NCBI GenBank assembly: GCA_045540295.1 | Contig: JAZQGY010000029.1 | Span: 114,983 to 178,982, forward strand | Direction: 5' to 3' | DNA length: 64,000 nt | Source of the DNA: Clostridia bacterium | GTDB lineage: Bacteria > Bacillota > Clostridia > UMGS1840 | Part shown: in pieces, positions 32,495 to 40,779 of the stretch | Layout of the letters: each line of letters opens with the position of its first letter | Numbering within the stretch: the first letter of the stretch is position 1 | Made by a program: the position numbers and the translations under genes | The notes under the pieces: generated by a model | Databases searched by the model: none | The model's input: the letters and a program-made list of their open reading frames with translations, nothing else | What the model was told of the DNA's origin: nothing

Positions 32495-32645
32495 GCGATA
32501 TGAATTCTTGTGAATTCTCGATATGTGCTTTGCACTCGATATGCCTGACGGCTCGATATGTTGCTAACGCAACGAGAATTCATATTATATCGAGTTTTGA
32601 GTGAAACGAAAAACATATCGATTTTACAAAAGTAAAAATATCGAG
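32494..32645. repeat. Iteron-like array of a 9-bp motif CTCGATATG: 3-4 direct copies followed by 3 inverted copies
   Basis: Direct copies: AGCGATATG 32494-32502; CTCGATATG 32517-32525, 32535-32543 and 32552-32560. Central mini-palindrome GTTGC-taac-GCAAC at 32560-32573. Inverted copies: ATATCGAG 32587-32594, CATATCGA 32614-32621, ATATCGAG 32638-32645. Confidence 0.75.
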
Positions 32646-32737
32646 CAAACGGAGTTTGCATTTCGACAAAAATTTTGTCCCTAACTTGACAAAATCATAA
32701 TAAGGGTGTTAAAATTTGGCGAAAGGGTGTTGTTTAA

Positions 32738-33170
32738 TGAAAAAGAAAATCATAATATTGTTAGTTGTTGTGATAGTAGTTTTTTCAGCTTTATTTACTT
32801 ATCTTTATAAATACGCTGGTAGTATGGTTTCACAGGATGTGAAAAATGTTGATAGTAAGTAATAGCAACATATCCTTATGACATAAATAAAATTATTGTA
32901 GAAGATAAGAATGAAATTAGCAAAATATTCAACATATTGTTGCAGACAACCGATATTATTAATGACAGACATCCGTCACATTTGGAGTCTATGCAACATG
33001 ATCCCAAATTTATAATAGATATTAAATATAATAATGGGAAGACAGACAATCTTTTTGCATCACCACACACAAATTATATTGGCAGGTTTTTAAATAGTAA
33101 AGGGAGTTCGGGAGATCCTGGTTACAGAACCGGCAAAAATCAAATGATATGGGATTATGTTTTAAATTGA
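32738..33170 (+). pseudogene. Membrane-anchored small protein split by a frameshift (32738..32862 plus 32859..33170)
   Basis: ORF1 encodes MKKKIIILLVVVIVVFSALFTYLYKYAGSMVSQDVKNVDSK then stop. A second frame opens at 32859 and reads ..IATYPYDINKIIVEDKNEISKIFNILLQTTDIINDRH...WDYVLN with no ATG or RBS of its own. The frames abut within 4 nt. Confidence 0.4.
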
Positions 33171-33243
33171 TTTATAGTTCTAACTTAACACGAACTGTTA
33201 AACGATATTGTATCTGAAAATGAAAGATACAGGAGGAGATAAA

Positions 33244-34536
33244 ATGGTTATCAAACAAAAACTTTACGAGGCCATAGACAAAGATAAAGAACAGATTATT
33301 GCTATCGCAGAAGAAATTCTGAAAAATCCGGAGTTAGGTTATTTTGAAGAAAAAACTTCTGCTCTGGTTCGTAAAACCTTTGATGATTTGGAAATTACAT
33401 ATGAATATCCGCTTGCTTTAACCGGAGTGAAGGCGACTCTTGATACCAAAAAAGAAGGCCCGAATATTTGTATCATCGGTGAAATGGATTCTTTGATTTG
33501 CAAAGGACACCCTTATGAAGGGGCGAACGGCGAAGCACACGCCTGCGGACATCATGCACAGGTGGCAGCAATGCTTGGCGCTGCAATTGGGCTGAAGAAA
33601 AGCGGTATTTTAGAAGATTTGTGCGGAAAAATTACTTTTATGGCGGTACCTGCAGAAGAATTTATTGATTTATCCTCTCGCAAAGCATTAAAAGAGCAGG
33701 GGAAAATCAAATATTTCGGCGGAAAACAGCAGTTGGTATATGAAGGTGCATTCCGGGATGTGAATATTGTTATGATGATTCACGCCCAGACAGAAGCACC
33801 GGAAGCGAAATTCTATTCCAGAACCTCTAACTTAGGTTTTATGGCAAAAACTATTACATTCCGTGGAAAAGCAGCTCACGGAAGCCGTCCCGATGAAGGA
33901 GTAAATGCCTTAAATGCGGCAGCACTTGCAATTTTGGGAATTCATTCCAACCGAGATACCTTTACCGAAGAAGACCATATCCGGATTCATCCCATTATTA
34001 CCAAAGGTGGCGATGTGGTGAATTCTGTTCCCGATGAAGTTTGCATTGAGACTTATGTAAGAGGAGCCACCTTTGATGCCATTCGAAAGGGAAGCGAAGC
34101 GGTGAACCGTGCGGTGCAGGGGGCATCTCAAATGATTGGCACTACTGTAACGATTGATGATATGCTTGGCTTTTTACCTTTAAAAGAATGTGATGCCGTT
34201 AACGATGTGATGGATGAAGTTGTGAAGGATGTATTAGGAGACAACGTCTTGGTACACAATGTACCCGCTGTAGGTTCTTCCGATATAGGAGATATCAGCA
34301 GCATAATTCCCACGGTTCAGCCATCCGTTGGCGGATTTTCCGGTGCTATTCATTCCAAAGACTTTTTGGTATCCAATCCTGAGATTGCATACATCGGCGC
34401 AGCAAAAATTTTGGCGGCAACAACTTTTGATTTATTGAAGGATGATGCCCAAGTTGCAAAAAAAGTAATCAAAAATTTTAAACCTTTATTTACACAGGTT
34501 GAATACTTAGCATATTTGAAACGTGGCGTAATCTAA
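33244..34536 (+). CDS. M20-family amidohydrolase (M20D / AbgB-like)
   Basis: HACGHHAQVA metal motif, typical M20 dimerisation and catalytic regions. GGAGGAG RBS upstream of ATG 33244; the track ORF starts at 33208. Confidence 0.8.
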   Translation: MVIKQKLYEAIDKDKEQIIAIAEEILKNPELGYFEEKTSALVRKTFDDLEITYEYPLALTGVKATLDTKKEGPNICIIGEMDSLICKGHPYEGANGEAHACGHHAQVAAMLGAAIGLKKSGILEDLCGKITFMAVPAEEFIDLSSRKALKEQGKIKYFGGKQQLVYEGAFRDVNIVMMIHAQTEAPEAKFYSRTSNLGFMAKTITFRGKAAHGSRPDEGVNALNAAALAILGIHSNRDTFTEEDHIRIHPIITKGGDVVNSVPDEVCIETYVRGATFDAIRKGSEAVNRAVQGASQMIGTTVTIDDMLGFLPLKECDAVNDVMDEVVKDVLGDNVLVHNVPAVGSSDIGDISSIIPTVQPSVGGFSGAIHSKDFLVSNPEIAYIGAAKILAATTFDLLKDDAQVAKKVIKNFKPLFTQVEYLAYLKRGVI

Positions 34537-34545
34537 ATAAGAAGG

Positions 34546-34583
34546 GCGGATTGTTAAAAAATAATGTTACAATCCGCTTTTTA
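34546..34583 (+). terminator. Rho-independent terminator
   Basis: GCGGATTGT...ACAATCCGC followed by TTTTTATTTTT. Confidence 0.75.
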
Positions 34584-34604
34584 TTTTTAAAATTAGAAAA
34601 TCTA

Positions 34605-34633
34605 TTGACAAATTTTGTCGGTAGGTGTATGAT
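34605..34633 (+). promoter_or_regulatory. Sigma-A-type promoter candidate for the riboswitch-folT/folC transcript (TTGACA-17-TATGAT, TG-extended)
   Basis: TTGACA at 34605-34610, TG at 34626-34627, TATGAT at 34628-34633. Confidence 0.45.
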
Positions 34634-34662
34634 TATAGTCGTTGGAATCAGATTCCAAAATA

Positions 34663-34822
34663 AGCAGAGTAGGAAATAATGCGTTAAGTGAAAAGAGAAC
34701 GGGAAGTTGTCTCTTTTACGAAAGATTGAAAAGGTGCGGGGTATCAAAAGATACCAAAAGATACCAAAAGATGCCAAACGGTACTAAAACAATCTGCGAT
34801 ATTATTTCCGCATTCCGTTGCT
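34663..34822 (+). ncRNA. THF (tetrahydrofolate) riboswitch-like aptamer with an expanded internal helix
   Basis: AGCAGAGUAGGAAAUAAUGCGUUAAGUG...(hairpin AAAGAGA-acGGGAAguu-UCUCUUU)...ACGAAAG...GCGAUAUUAUUUCCGCAUUCCGUUGCU. This matches the remembered THF-I core (AGAGUAG..GCGUUAAGUG..GGGA loop..GCAUCCG). P2 pairing is GGAAAUAAU/AUUAUUUCC and the loop GGGAA is complementary to UUCC. It lies directly upstream of a folate-transporter gene. Confidence 0.7.
34740..34789 (+). repeat. Five degenerate 10-nt tandem units inside the riboswitch insertion
   Basis: GGTATCAAAA GATACCAAAA GATACCAAAA GATGCCAAAC GGTACTAAAA. Confidence 0.85.
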
Positions 34823-34910
34823 ACAAAAGAATACACAGACCGTTTCCTTTTTTTGTGTGATTCGGCGATTTGCGTCCTTTTTGTAGTGTGGTACAAGAAA
34901 GGATTTTTTT

Positions 34911-36680
34911 ATGTCTGAAAAAAGAAATTTAAAAAAACTGGTTTATCTGGCATTTTTGGTTGCCTTAAACATTGTGCTGGTGCGATTACTTTCGCTTCAG
35001 CTGACTCCGGTATTCCGACTGGATTTCGGCTTTGTTCCCATTTCTTTGGCAGGGGCGATGTTCGGCCCTGTATGGGGGGGAGTTGCAGGTGGACTTTCGG
35101 ATATTGCCGGGATGTTGTTTAACAGTAAAGGGATGGCATTTTTCTTCGGTTGGACCTTGAATGCAATTTTACACGGTGTGTTTTACGGATTGTTTCTTCA
35201 TAAAAAAGAGAAAACACTTTTGAGGGTTTCTCTTTGCGTTGTAATCAAAGGAATTGTGATTGACTTGGTTTTAGGAAGCATTTGGGGAGCTATGTTCCGA
35301 GGTGGAATGCACTTGATTGGCTTTGTAATCTGGGAACGTTTGCTTCAATGCCTGATTAAAATTCCTGTAGAAATTGCGATTGGATATTTTTTGCTTCGGG
35401 CGTTATCTAGTCATATTAAGGAGTTGCATCAACCCTCCAAGCAGGAATTTGTGCGATATGCCAATAGCTTTCAAACCGTGATTAACTTAGGGCTTGAACG
35501 GATTTTAAAGCTTTTGGAATGTGTGGGGAATCCGCAGAATCAGCTTTCGGTGATTCATGTTGCAGGAACCAACGGCAAAGGCTCCGTTTGTGCTTTTTTG
35601 CAAACGATGTTAACGAAATCCGGCAAGAAAACCGGTAAGTTTATTTCTCCAAATATGCTTCGTGTTAATGAAAGAATCTCTGTTGACGGTGTTGAAATTT
35701 CCGATGCGGATTTAGAACGGCTTCTTATGAAAATAGAAAGTCATCTTCCGGAGGTTAAGGAAGCAACGGGGGAAATCCCATCTCAGTTTGAGGTGTGGAC
35801 TGCGGTTGCGTTTTGCTATTTTTTAGAACAAAACTGTGACGTGGTAGTTTTGGAAACAGGTTTGGGTGGTCGGTTTGATGCTACCAACGTAGTGAAAAAA
35901 CCGCTTGCTACCGTAATTACGAAAATCGCTATTGACCATGTTGCTTATTTAGGTAATACGATTGATAAAATTGCCTACGAAAAAGCCGGGATTATTAAAG
36001 AGGGAGTTCCATTGATTACACTTGCTCAGGATGAAGCAGCGATGACTGTCTTAAGGAATGTGGCGCAAGAAAAAAATGCTCCTCTATATGTTACAAAAGT
36101 TCCGATTGTGGGTGAGCCAAAAGCACATCACGAAATATTTTCTTATGGGCAATTAACAGATCTTGTTTGTGGGATTTCCGGTTATCATCAAATTGAAAAT
36201 GCTTCTTTGGCGGTGGAAACGGCACTCTATTTAAATCTTAGTGAAAACAATATTCGAGAAGGTTTGAAAGAAGCCCGTCATATCGGTAGATTGGAGTTGG
36301 TGGAGGAGCGGATTCTGTTTGACGGTGCTCATAACTTAAACGGGATGCTGGCACTGAAAAAAAGCTTGGACCGATATTATCCGAATGTCGAAAAAATATT
36401 TGTATCTGCATTTATGAAAGATAAAGATATTTTGAAAAGTTTATCCGTATTTTCAGGCGAAATTTTTTATTTTACTTCGGTAAGCAACAATGAACGTAGT
36501 GAAACGCCTGAAAACCTATGCAAAATCGGAGCAGAAAGCGGTGTTTTCGGAACTGCCTTTTCAGACTTGAAGTCTGCAATTTCAGCTGCAAAAAATACCG
36601 AAAAATTGATTGTAGTATGCGGTTCCTTATACCTCTATCAGGATTTGCACAAAATTATTGAAAAAAACAGAAAAAATTAA
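34911..36680 (+). CDS. folC: Fusion protein: folate-family ECF transporter S component (FolT-like) plus folylpolyglutamate synthase/dihydrofolate synthase (FolC)
   Basis: Residues about 1-165 are polytopic and FolT-like (LVYLAFLVALNIVLVRLLSLQ...FGFVPISLAGAMFGPVWGGVAGGLSDIAG). The remainder is FolC (VIHVAGTNGKGSVCAF P-loop, ETGLGGRFDATN, FDGAHN). Confidence 0.8.
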   Translation: MSEKRNLKKLVYLAFLVALNIVLVRLLSLQLTPVFRLDFGFVPISLAGAMFGPVWGGVAGGLSDIAGMLFNSKGMAFFFGWTLNAILHGVFYGLFLHKKEKTLLRVSLCVVIKGIVIDLVLGSIWGAMFRGGMHLIGFVIWERLLQCLIKIPVEIAIGYFLLRALSSHIKELHQPSKQEFVRYANSFQTVINLGLERILKLLECVGNPQNQLSVIHVAGTNGKGSVCAFLQTMLTKSGKKTGKFISPNMLRVNERISVDGVEISDADLERLLMKIESHLPEVKEATGEIPSQFEVWTAVAFCYFLEQNCDVVVLETGLGGRFDATNVVKKPLATVITKIAIDHVAYLGNTIDKIAYEKAGIIKEGVPLITLAQDEAAMTVLRNVAQEKNAPLYVTKVPIVGEPKAHHEIFSYGQLTDLVCGISGYHQIENASLAVETALYLNLSENNIREGLKEARHIGRLELVEERILFDGAHNLNGMLALKKSLDRYYPNVEKIFVSAFMKDKDILKSLSVFSGEIFYFTSVSNNERSETPENLCKIGAESGVFGTAFSDLKSAISAAKNTEKLIVVCGSLYLYQDLHKIIEKNRKN

Positions 36681-36789
36681 CAGGAAATTCGTGGAAAACA
36701 CTTGCTTTTTCCACGAATTTTTGTTATAATAAAATGATTCAATTTATCTATGTTTTGCTAGATATTATCAGAAAAGGAAAAACCTTGGT

Positions 36790-39700
36790 ATGTACTTAAA
36801 AACCATTGAGCTAAATGGCTTCAAATCTTTTCCCGATAAAACTGTATTAGACTTTACAGAGGGCGTAACCACCATTGTTGGTCCCAATGGCAGCGGAAAG
36901 AGCAATATTTCCGATGCAATCCGTTGGGTGCTGGGGGAGTCCCGTGCAAAGTCTCTTCGTGGTGGCAATATGCAGGATGTTATTTTTTCCGGTACGGCCA
37001 GAAGAAAGCCTATGAACTATGCTGAGGTTTCTGTAACTATTGATAATTCCGATCACGCATTACAAATTGATTTTGATGAAGTAATGGTAACCCGTCGTGT
37101 TTACCGTTCCGGTGAAGGGGAATACTTTATAAACAAATCTCCCTGCCGAATGAAGGATATTAACGAACTGTTTATGGATACGGGTCTTGGACGTGACGGG
37201 TATTCCATTGTCGGGCAGGGAAAAATTGATGAAATCATTTCCGGTAAACCCCAGGATCGGAGAAACTTCTTTGAAGAAGCTGCAGGCATTTCCAAATACC
37301 GTCACAAAAAAGATGAAGCGGAACGGAAGCTGAGCCAAACGAATGACAATCTTCTCCGTCTGAATGATATTTTGGCTGAATTGGAGCAGCGTCTTCCCGG
37401 TTTGGAAAAGTCCTCCAGAAAGGCTGCAGCATACCTGGAGTTAAAAGATGAACTTCGAATTTTAGAAATTCGGTATTGGTGTCGCCATCTAAAGAAGTAT
37501 CGGGAATTGCTTTTTGAGCTTGACTCCAAAAAAGAAAAACTGACCGCTGATATGGATACGGCAAACAAACGGATTGAACAACTGGATCAGCAAGCCTTAC
37601 AACTCAGTCAAAAGCGTCGGGAAGCCGATCTGTTAACCGAAGAATTTCATAAAAAAGAAAAAGATTTTGAATATAATATTGCAGCATTTGAAAACCAGAT
37701 TAATTTATATCAGGTGGAAATTGAGCGAAACATTCGTGATATTGAACGTTTGAGTAATGAAACAGAAACCGATAAAATGCGTCTGAACCGTTACGAGGCG
37801 TTAATTTCCGATCGCGAAGAAAAAATTAATCAGTTAAAAGAAAATCGTCAGAATATTGAAACTGAAATGCAAGCATTTTCCCATCTTCAGAAAGAAATTG
37901 ACAGTCTTTATCAAGAGGTGGCAGAACTGCAGAGCCGTTTGGAAGAAAGCCGTTTACAACGTTCGGAATTAACTGTTGAGCGAAATACCAAACAGGGTAA
38001 GGTGATGTATCTTACCGAAATGGAAAAGAACTACGAAGGTTACCAAAAAAGCGTGAAAGAAATTTTTGCTGCTTCCAAAAACGGGCTGTTAAGGAATGTT
38101 ATGCTGTACGGTACGTTGGCAGACATTATTAAGGCGGATAAAAAAACAGCGTTGGCGTTCGATGCTGTTTTAGGAAATTCCTTGCAGAACATTGTTGTGG
38201 AAGATGAAAAAGATGCGAAAGAGGCAATTGATTACTTAAAAAAACACGAGCTCGGACGAGTTACCTTCCTGCCCGTTAAAACTGTGAAGGAACGGGAATA
38301 TGACTTTGGAGATGCTTTATATGAAAACGGTGTGGTGGGTAAGGCAACTGAGTTGGTGTCCTACCAATCCAAATTCAAGGGAATCGTGTCCGGCCTTTTG
38401 GGAAAAACCCTTGTGGTAGACAATTATCAGGCAGCAGCCTCCATTGCCAGAAAATACCGTCACAGTTTCCGTATTGTAACCTTAAGCGGAGAAGTTTTTA
38501 ATGCAGGCGGTTCCATTGTGGGCGGTCAGATATTAAAATCTGTAGGTTTTTTGTCCAAAAATGCGGATATCGAAGAATTGAAAACCGAAATCAAACAGAT
38601 TGATAAAACATTACTTGCTAAGATACAGGAAGAAACAGATTTAGCGTATTCCATTGATTCTAAAAAGCTTCAGGCAGAAACATTGTCGGAAGGACTTTCA
38701 GAATTAAATCAGAAAAAAGCATATCTTTCTTTTATCGAACAGGGAATTCATGATGAAATTGAACATCAGAAAACTGTTCTTTCAGAAAAGGAAGAATATG
38801 AGATTCATCTTCAAAATAAGACGAAGGAATCGCAAGGCTTGATTCAGCGTAATGAAGCCTTGGCGGAAGATATTGAATTTAAGCAGGAGCAAATCAAACA
38901 GGAGAAACAGTATCTGAAAGATACGTTAGCAGAGCTGGAAGCAGTTCGGATACAAAAGGAATCCATCGATGAAACCTTTGTTGCTCAGCAGGATGCACAA
39001 AAACAAGCCAGAGATGTACTGCTTGTGTTAGAGCAGGACTTGGCAAAATTAACCGTGAAAGTCGAAAAAATTCAAAATGATATCGAAGTGTATACCGAAA
39101 ACCTGTGGGAGCAGTACGAACTGACATATTCCCAAGGGCTGGAGCTGGTATCTACTGAAGAAGGCGAACCGGAAAATGACCGCAAGCGCATAGGAGAATT
39201 AAAATCCAAAATTAAATCCTTGGGTGATGTCAATTTATCTTCTGTGGAAGAATACCGTGAAGTGCACGAACGCTATACTTTTATGAAAAAACAGGAAGAT
39301 GACTTAAAAGGTGCTAAGGAAGAATTGGAAACCTTAATTTCTGATATGCTTTCCATTATGAAGACGGATTTCATTACTCAGTTTGATTTGATTCACGAGA
39401 ATTTTAAAGAAACCTTCCAGGCTCTCTTTAACGGAGGGAACGCTTCTTTAAAATTAACCGAACCGGACAATGTATTGGAAAGCGGCATTGAAATTATCGT
39501 GCAGCCTCCCGGCAAGAAATTGGAAAGCATTTCGTTGCTTTCGGGTGGTGAAAAAGCCTTTACTGCAATTGCTTTACTGTTTTCCGTGTTGAGTTTAAAG
39601 CCGTTGCCATTTTGTGTTTTCGATGAAATTGAGGCAGCGTTGGATGAGGTAAACGTGTACCGTTTTGCAGAGTATATCAAAAGCTACAAGCATAAAACAC

Positions 39701-39831
39701 AGTTTATACTGGTGTCTCACCGACGCGGCACTATGGAAAATGCTGATACTCTGTATGGTGTGACAATGCAGGAAAAAGGAGTTACCAAGCTGGTTGCTTT
39801 GAAAATGAAAGACGTTATTATGGATGATTAA
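36790..39831 (+). CDS. smc: Chromosome partition protein SMC (unusually short, 1013 aa)
   Basis: N-terminal head MYLKTIELNGFKSF..GPNGSGKSN. Hinge around residues 417-590 (..GRVTFLP..GGSIVGG). C-terminal head LSGGEKAFTAIALLF and FCVFDEIEAALD. Confidence 0.9.
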   Translation: MYLKTIELNGFKSFPDKTVLDFTEGVTTIVGPNGSGKSNISDAIRWVLGESRAKSLRGGNMQDVIFSGTARRKPMNYAEVSVTIDNSDHALQIDFDEVMVTRRVYRSGEGEYFINKSPCRMKDINELFMDTGLGRDGYSIVGQGKIDEIISGKPQDRRNFFEEAAGISKYRHKKDEAERKLSQTNDNLLRLNDILAELEQRLPGLEKSSRKAAAYLELKDELRILEIRYWCRHLKKYRELLFELDSKKEKLTADMDTANKRIEQLDQQALQLSQKRREADLLTEEFHKKEKDFEYNIAAFENQINLYQVEIERNIRDIERLSNETETDKMRLNRYEALISDREEKINQLKENRQNIETEMQAFSHLQKEIDSLYQEVAELQSRLEESRLQRSELTVERNTKQGKVMYLTEMEKNYEGYQKSVKEIFAASKNGLLRNVMLYGTLADIIKADKKTALAFDAVLGNSLQNIVVEDEKDAKEAIDYLKKHELGRVTFLPVKTVKEREYDFGDALYENGVVGKATELVSYQSKFKGIVSGLLGKTLVVDNYQAAASIARKYRHSFRIVTLSGEVFNAGGSIVGGQILKSVGFLSKNADIEELKTEIKQIDKTLLAKIQEETDLAYSIDSKKLQAETLSEGLSELNQKKAYLSFIEQGIHDEIEHQKTVLSEKEEYEIHLQNKTKESQGLIQRNEALAEDIEFKQEQIKQEKQYLKDTLAELEAVRIQKESIDETFVAQQDAQKQARDVLLVLEQDLAKLTVKVEKIQNDIEVYTENLWEQYELTYSQGLELVSTEEGEPENDRKRIGELKSKIKSLGDVNLSSVEEYREVHERYTFMKKQEDDLKGAKEELETLISDMLSIMKTDFITQFDLIHENFKETFQALFNGGNASLKLTEPDNVLESGIEIIVQPPGKKLESISLLSGGEKAFTAIALLFSVLSLKPLPFCVFDEIEAALDEVNVYRFAEYIKSYKHKTQFILVSHRRGTMENADTLYGVTMQEKGVTKLVALKMKDVIMDD

Positions 39832-39845
39832 AGGAGAAAAAAACA

Positions 39846-40751
39846 ATGTTTTTTATTGATAAATTTAAGCGTGGCATTGAAAAAACCAAAAAAGCAATGT
39901 CCGAAGGGATTAATAATGTTTTCAAAATATTCAAACATATTGATGAAGAATTGTACGAAGAGTTGGAAGAAACTTTAATTTTATCTGATATTAGTGCGGA
40001 AAGCTCTGCTTTTATTATTGACGAATTAAGAAAACGGGTTAAAGATAAACGTTTAACAGAAGCAGAGGAAGTGAAACAGGAAATTAAAGTTATTATTTCC
40101 GAAATTCTTTCTCCTGACCATGCCTTGAAAAAAGAGAATAAACCTTACATTATGATTTTAGTGGGTGTTAACGGAGCAGGAAAAACCACTACTGCCGGCA
40201 AGCTGGCGCATCAGTTTTCCAAAGAGGGAAAATCCGTTATTTTAGCTGCAGCAGATACATTCCGTGCCGCAGCCACTGAGCAGTTGCAAGTATGGGCAGA
40301 GCGTAGCGGAGCAGACTTTTTCTGCGGTGAAGCTGAACAGGATCCCGCTTCCGTGATTTATCAGGCTGCAGAACATTTGAAAAAAACCGGTAAAGATGTT
40401 TTAATTTGTGATACCGCAGGAAGACTTCAAACCAAGAAAGGTCTGATGGACGAGTTGTCTAAAATGCACCGTATTTTAAAGCAGCAAACCGGTGCAGATT
40501 TCATTGAATCTCTCTTGGTGGTTGAAGCAGCAACCGGACAAAATGCTCTTCTTCAGGCACAAAGCTTTTCTGAAGCTGCAGGTTTGACCGGTTTAATATT
40601 AACGAAGTTGGACGGAACTGCCAAAGGTGGTGTTATTATTCCGCTGGTGCAGAAAACGGGATTACCCGTTAAACTAATCGGGGTGGGAGAACAACTGGAA
40701 GATTTAATGGATTTTGATCCTGTTTCCTATGCAGAAGAATTGTTTGATTAG
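39846..40751 (+). CDS. ftsY: Signal recognition particle receptor FtsY
   Basis: NG domain: GVNGAGKTTTAGKLA, DTAGRL, TKLDGTAKGG. No acidic A domain. Confidence 0.9.
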   Translation: MFFIDKFKRGIEKTKKAMSEGINNVFKIFKHIDEELYEELEETLILSDISAESSAFIIDELRKRVKDKRLTEAEEVKQEIKVIISEILSPDHALKKENKPYIMILVGVNGAGKTTTAGKLAHQFSKEGKSVILAAADTFRAAATEQLQVWAERSGADFFCGEAEQDPASVIYQAAEHLKKTGKDVLICDTAGRLQTKKGLMDELSKMHRILKQQTGADFIESLLVVEAATGQNALLQAQSFSEAAGLTGLILTKLDGTAKGGVIIPLVQKTGLPVKLIGVGEQLEDLMDFDPVSYAEELFD

Positions 40752-40779
40752 TCGTTGTTTCATATCAAATGAGGAGTGA

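Noticed and set aside
32365-32661. Track ORFs 32365..32604 (+) and 32455..32661 (-)
   Set aside because: They overlap each other and the 9-bp repeat array. The peptides are Cys/His/Arg-rich without motifs. The repeat structure explains the sequence better, although this is not proven.
34740-34789. Possible CRISPR array or minisatellite (also considered for 32494-32645)
   Set aside because: The units are only 9-10 nt with no spacers of CRISPR size, and there are no cas genes. These are not CRISPR arrays.
34490-34860. Track ORFs 34490..34777 (-) and 34642..34860 (+) in the M20-folT/folC intergenic region
   Set aside because: The region is better explained by a terminator, a promoter and a THF-riboswitch-like RNA. 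The ORFs cross tandem repeats and have no RBS.
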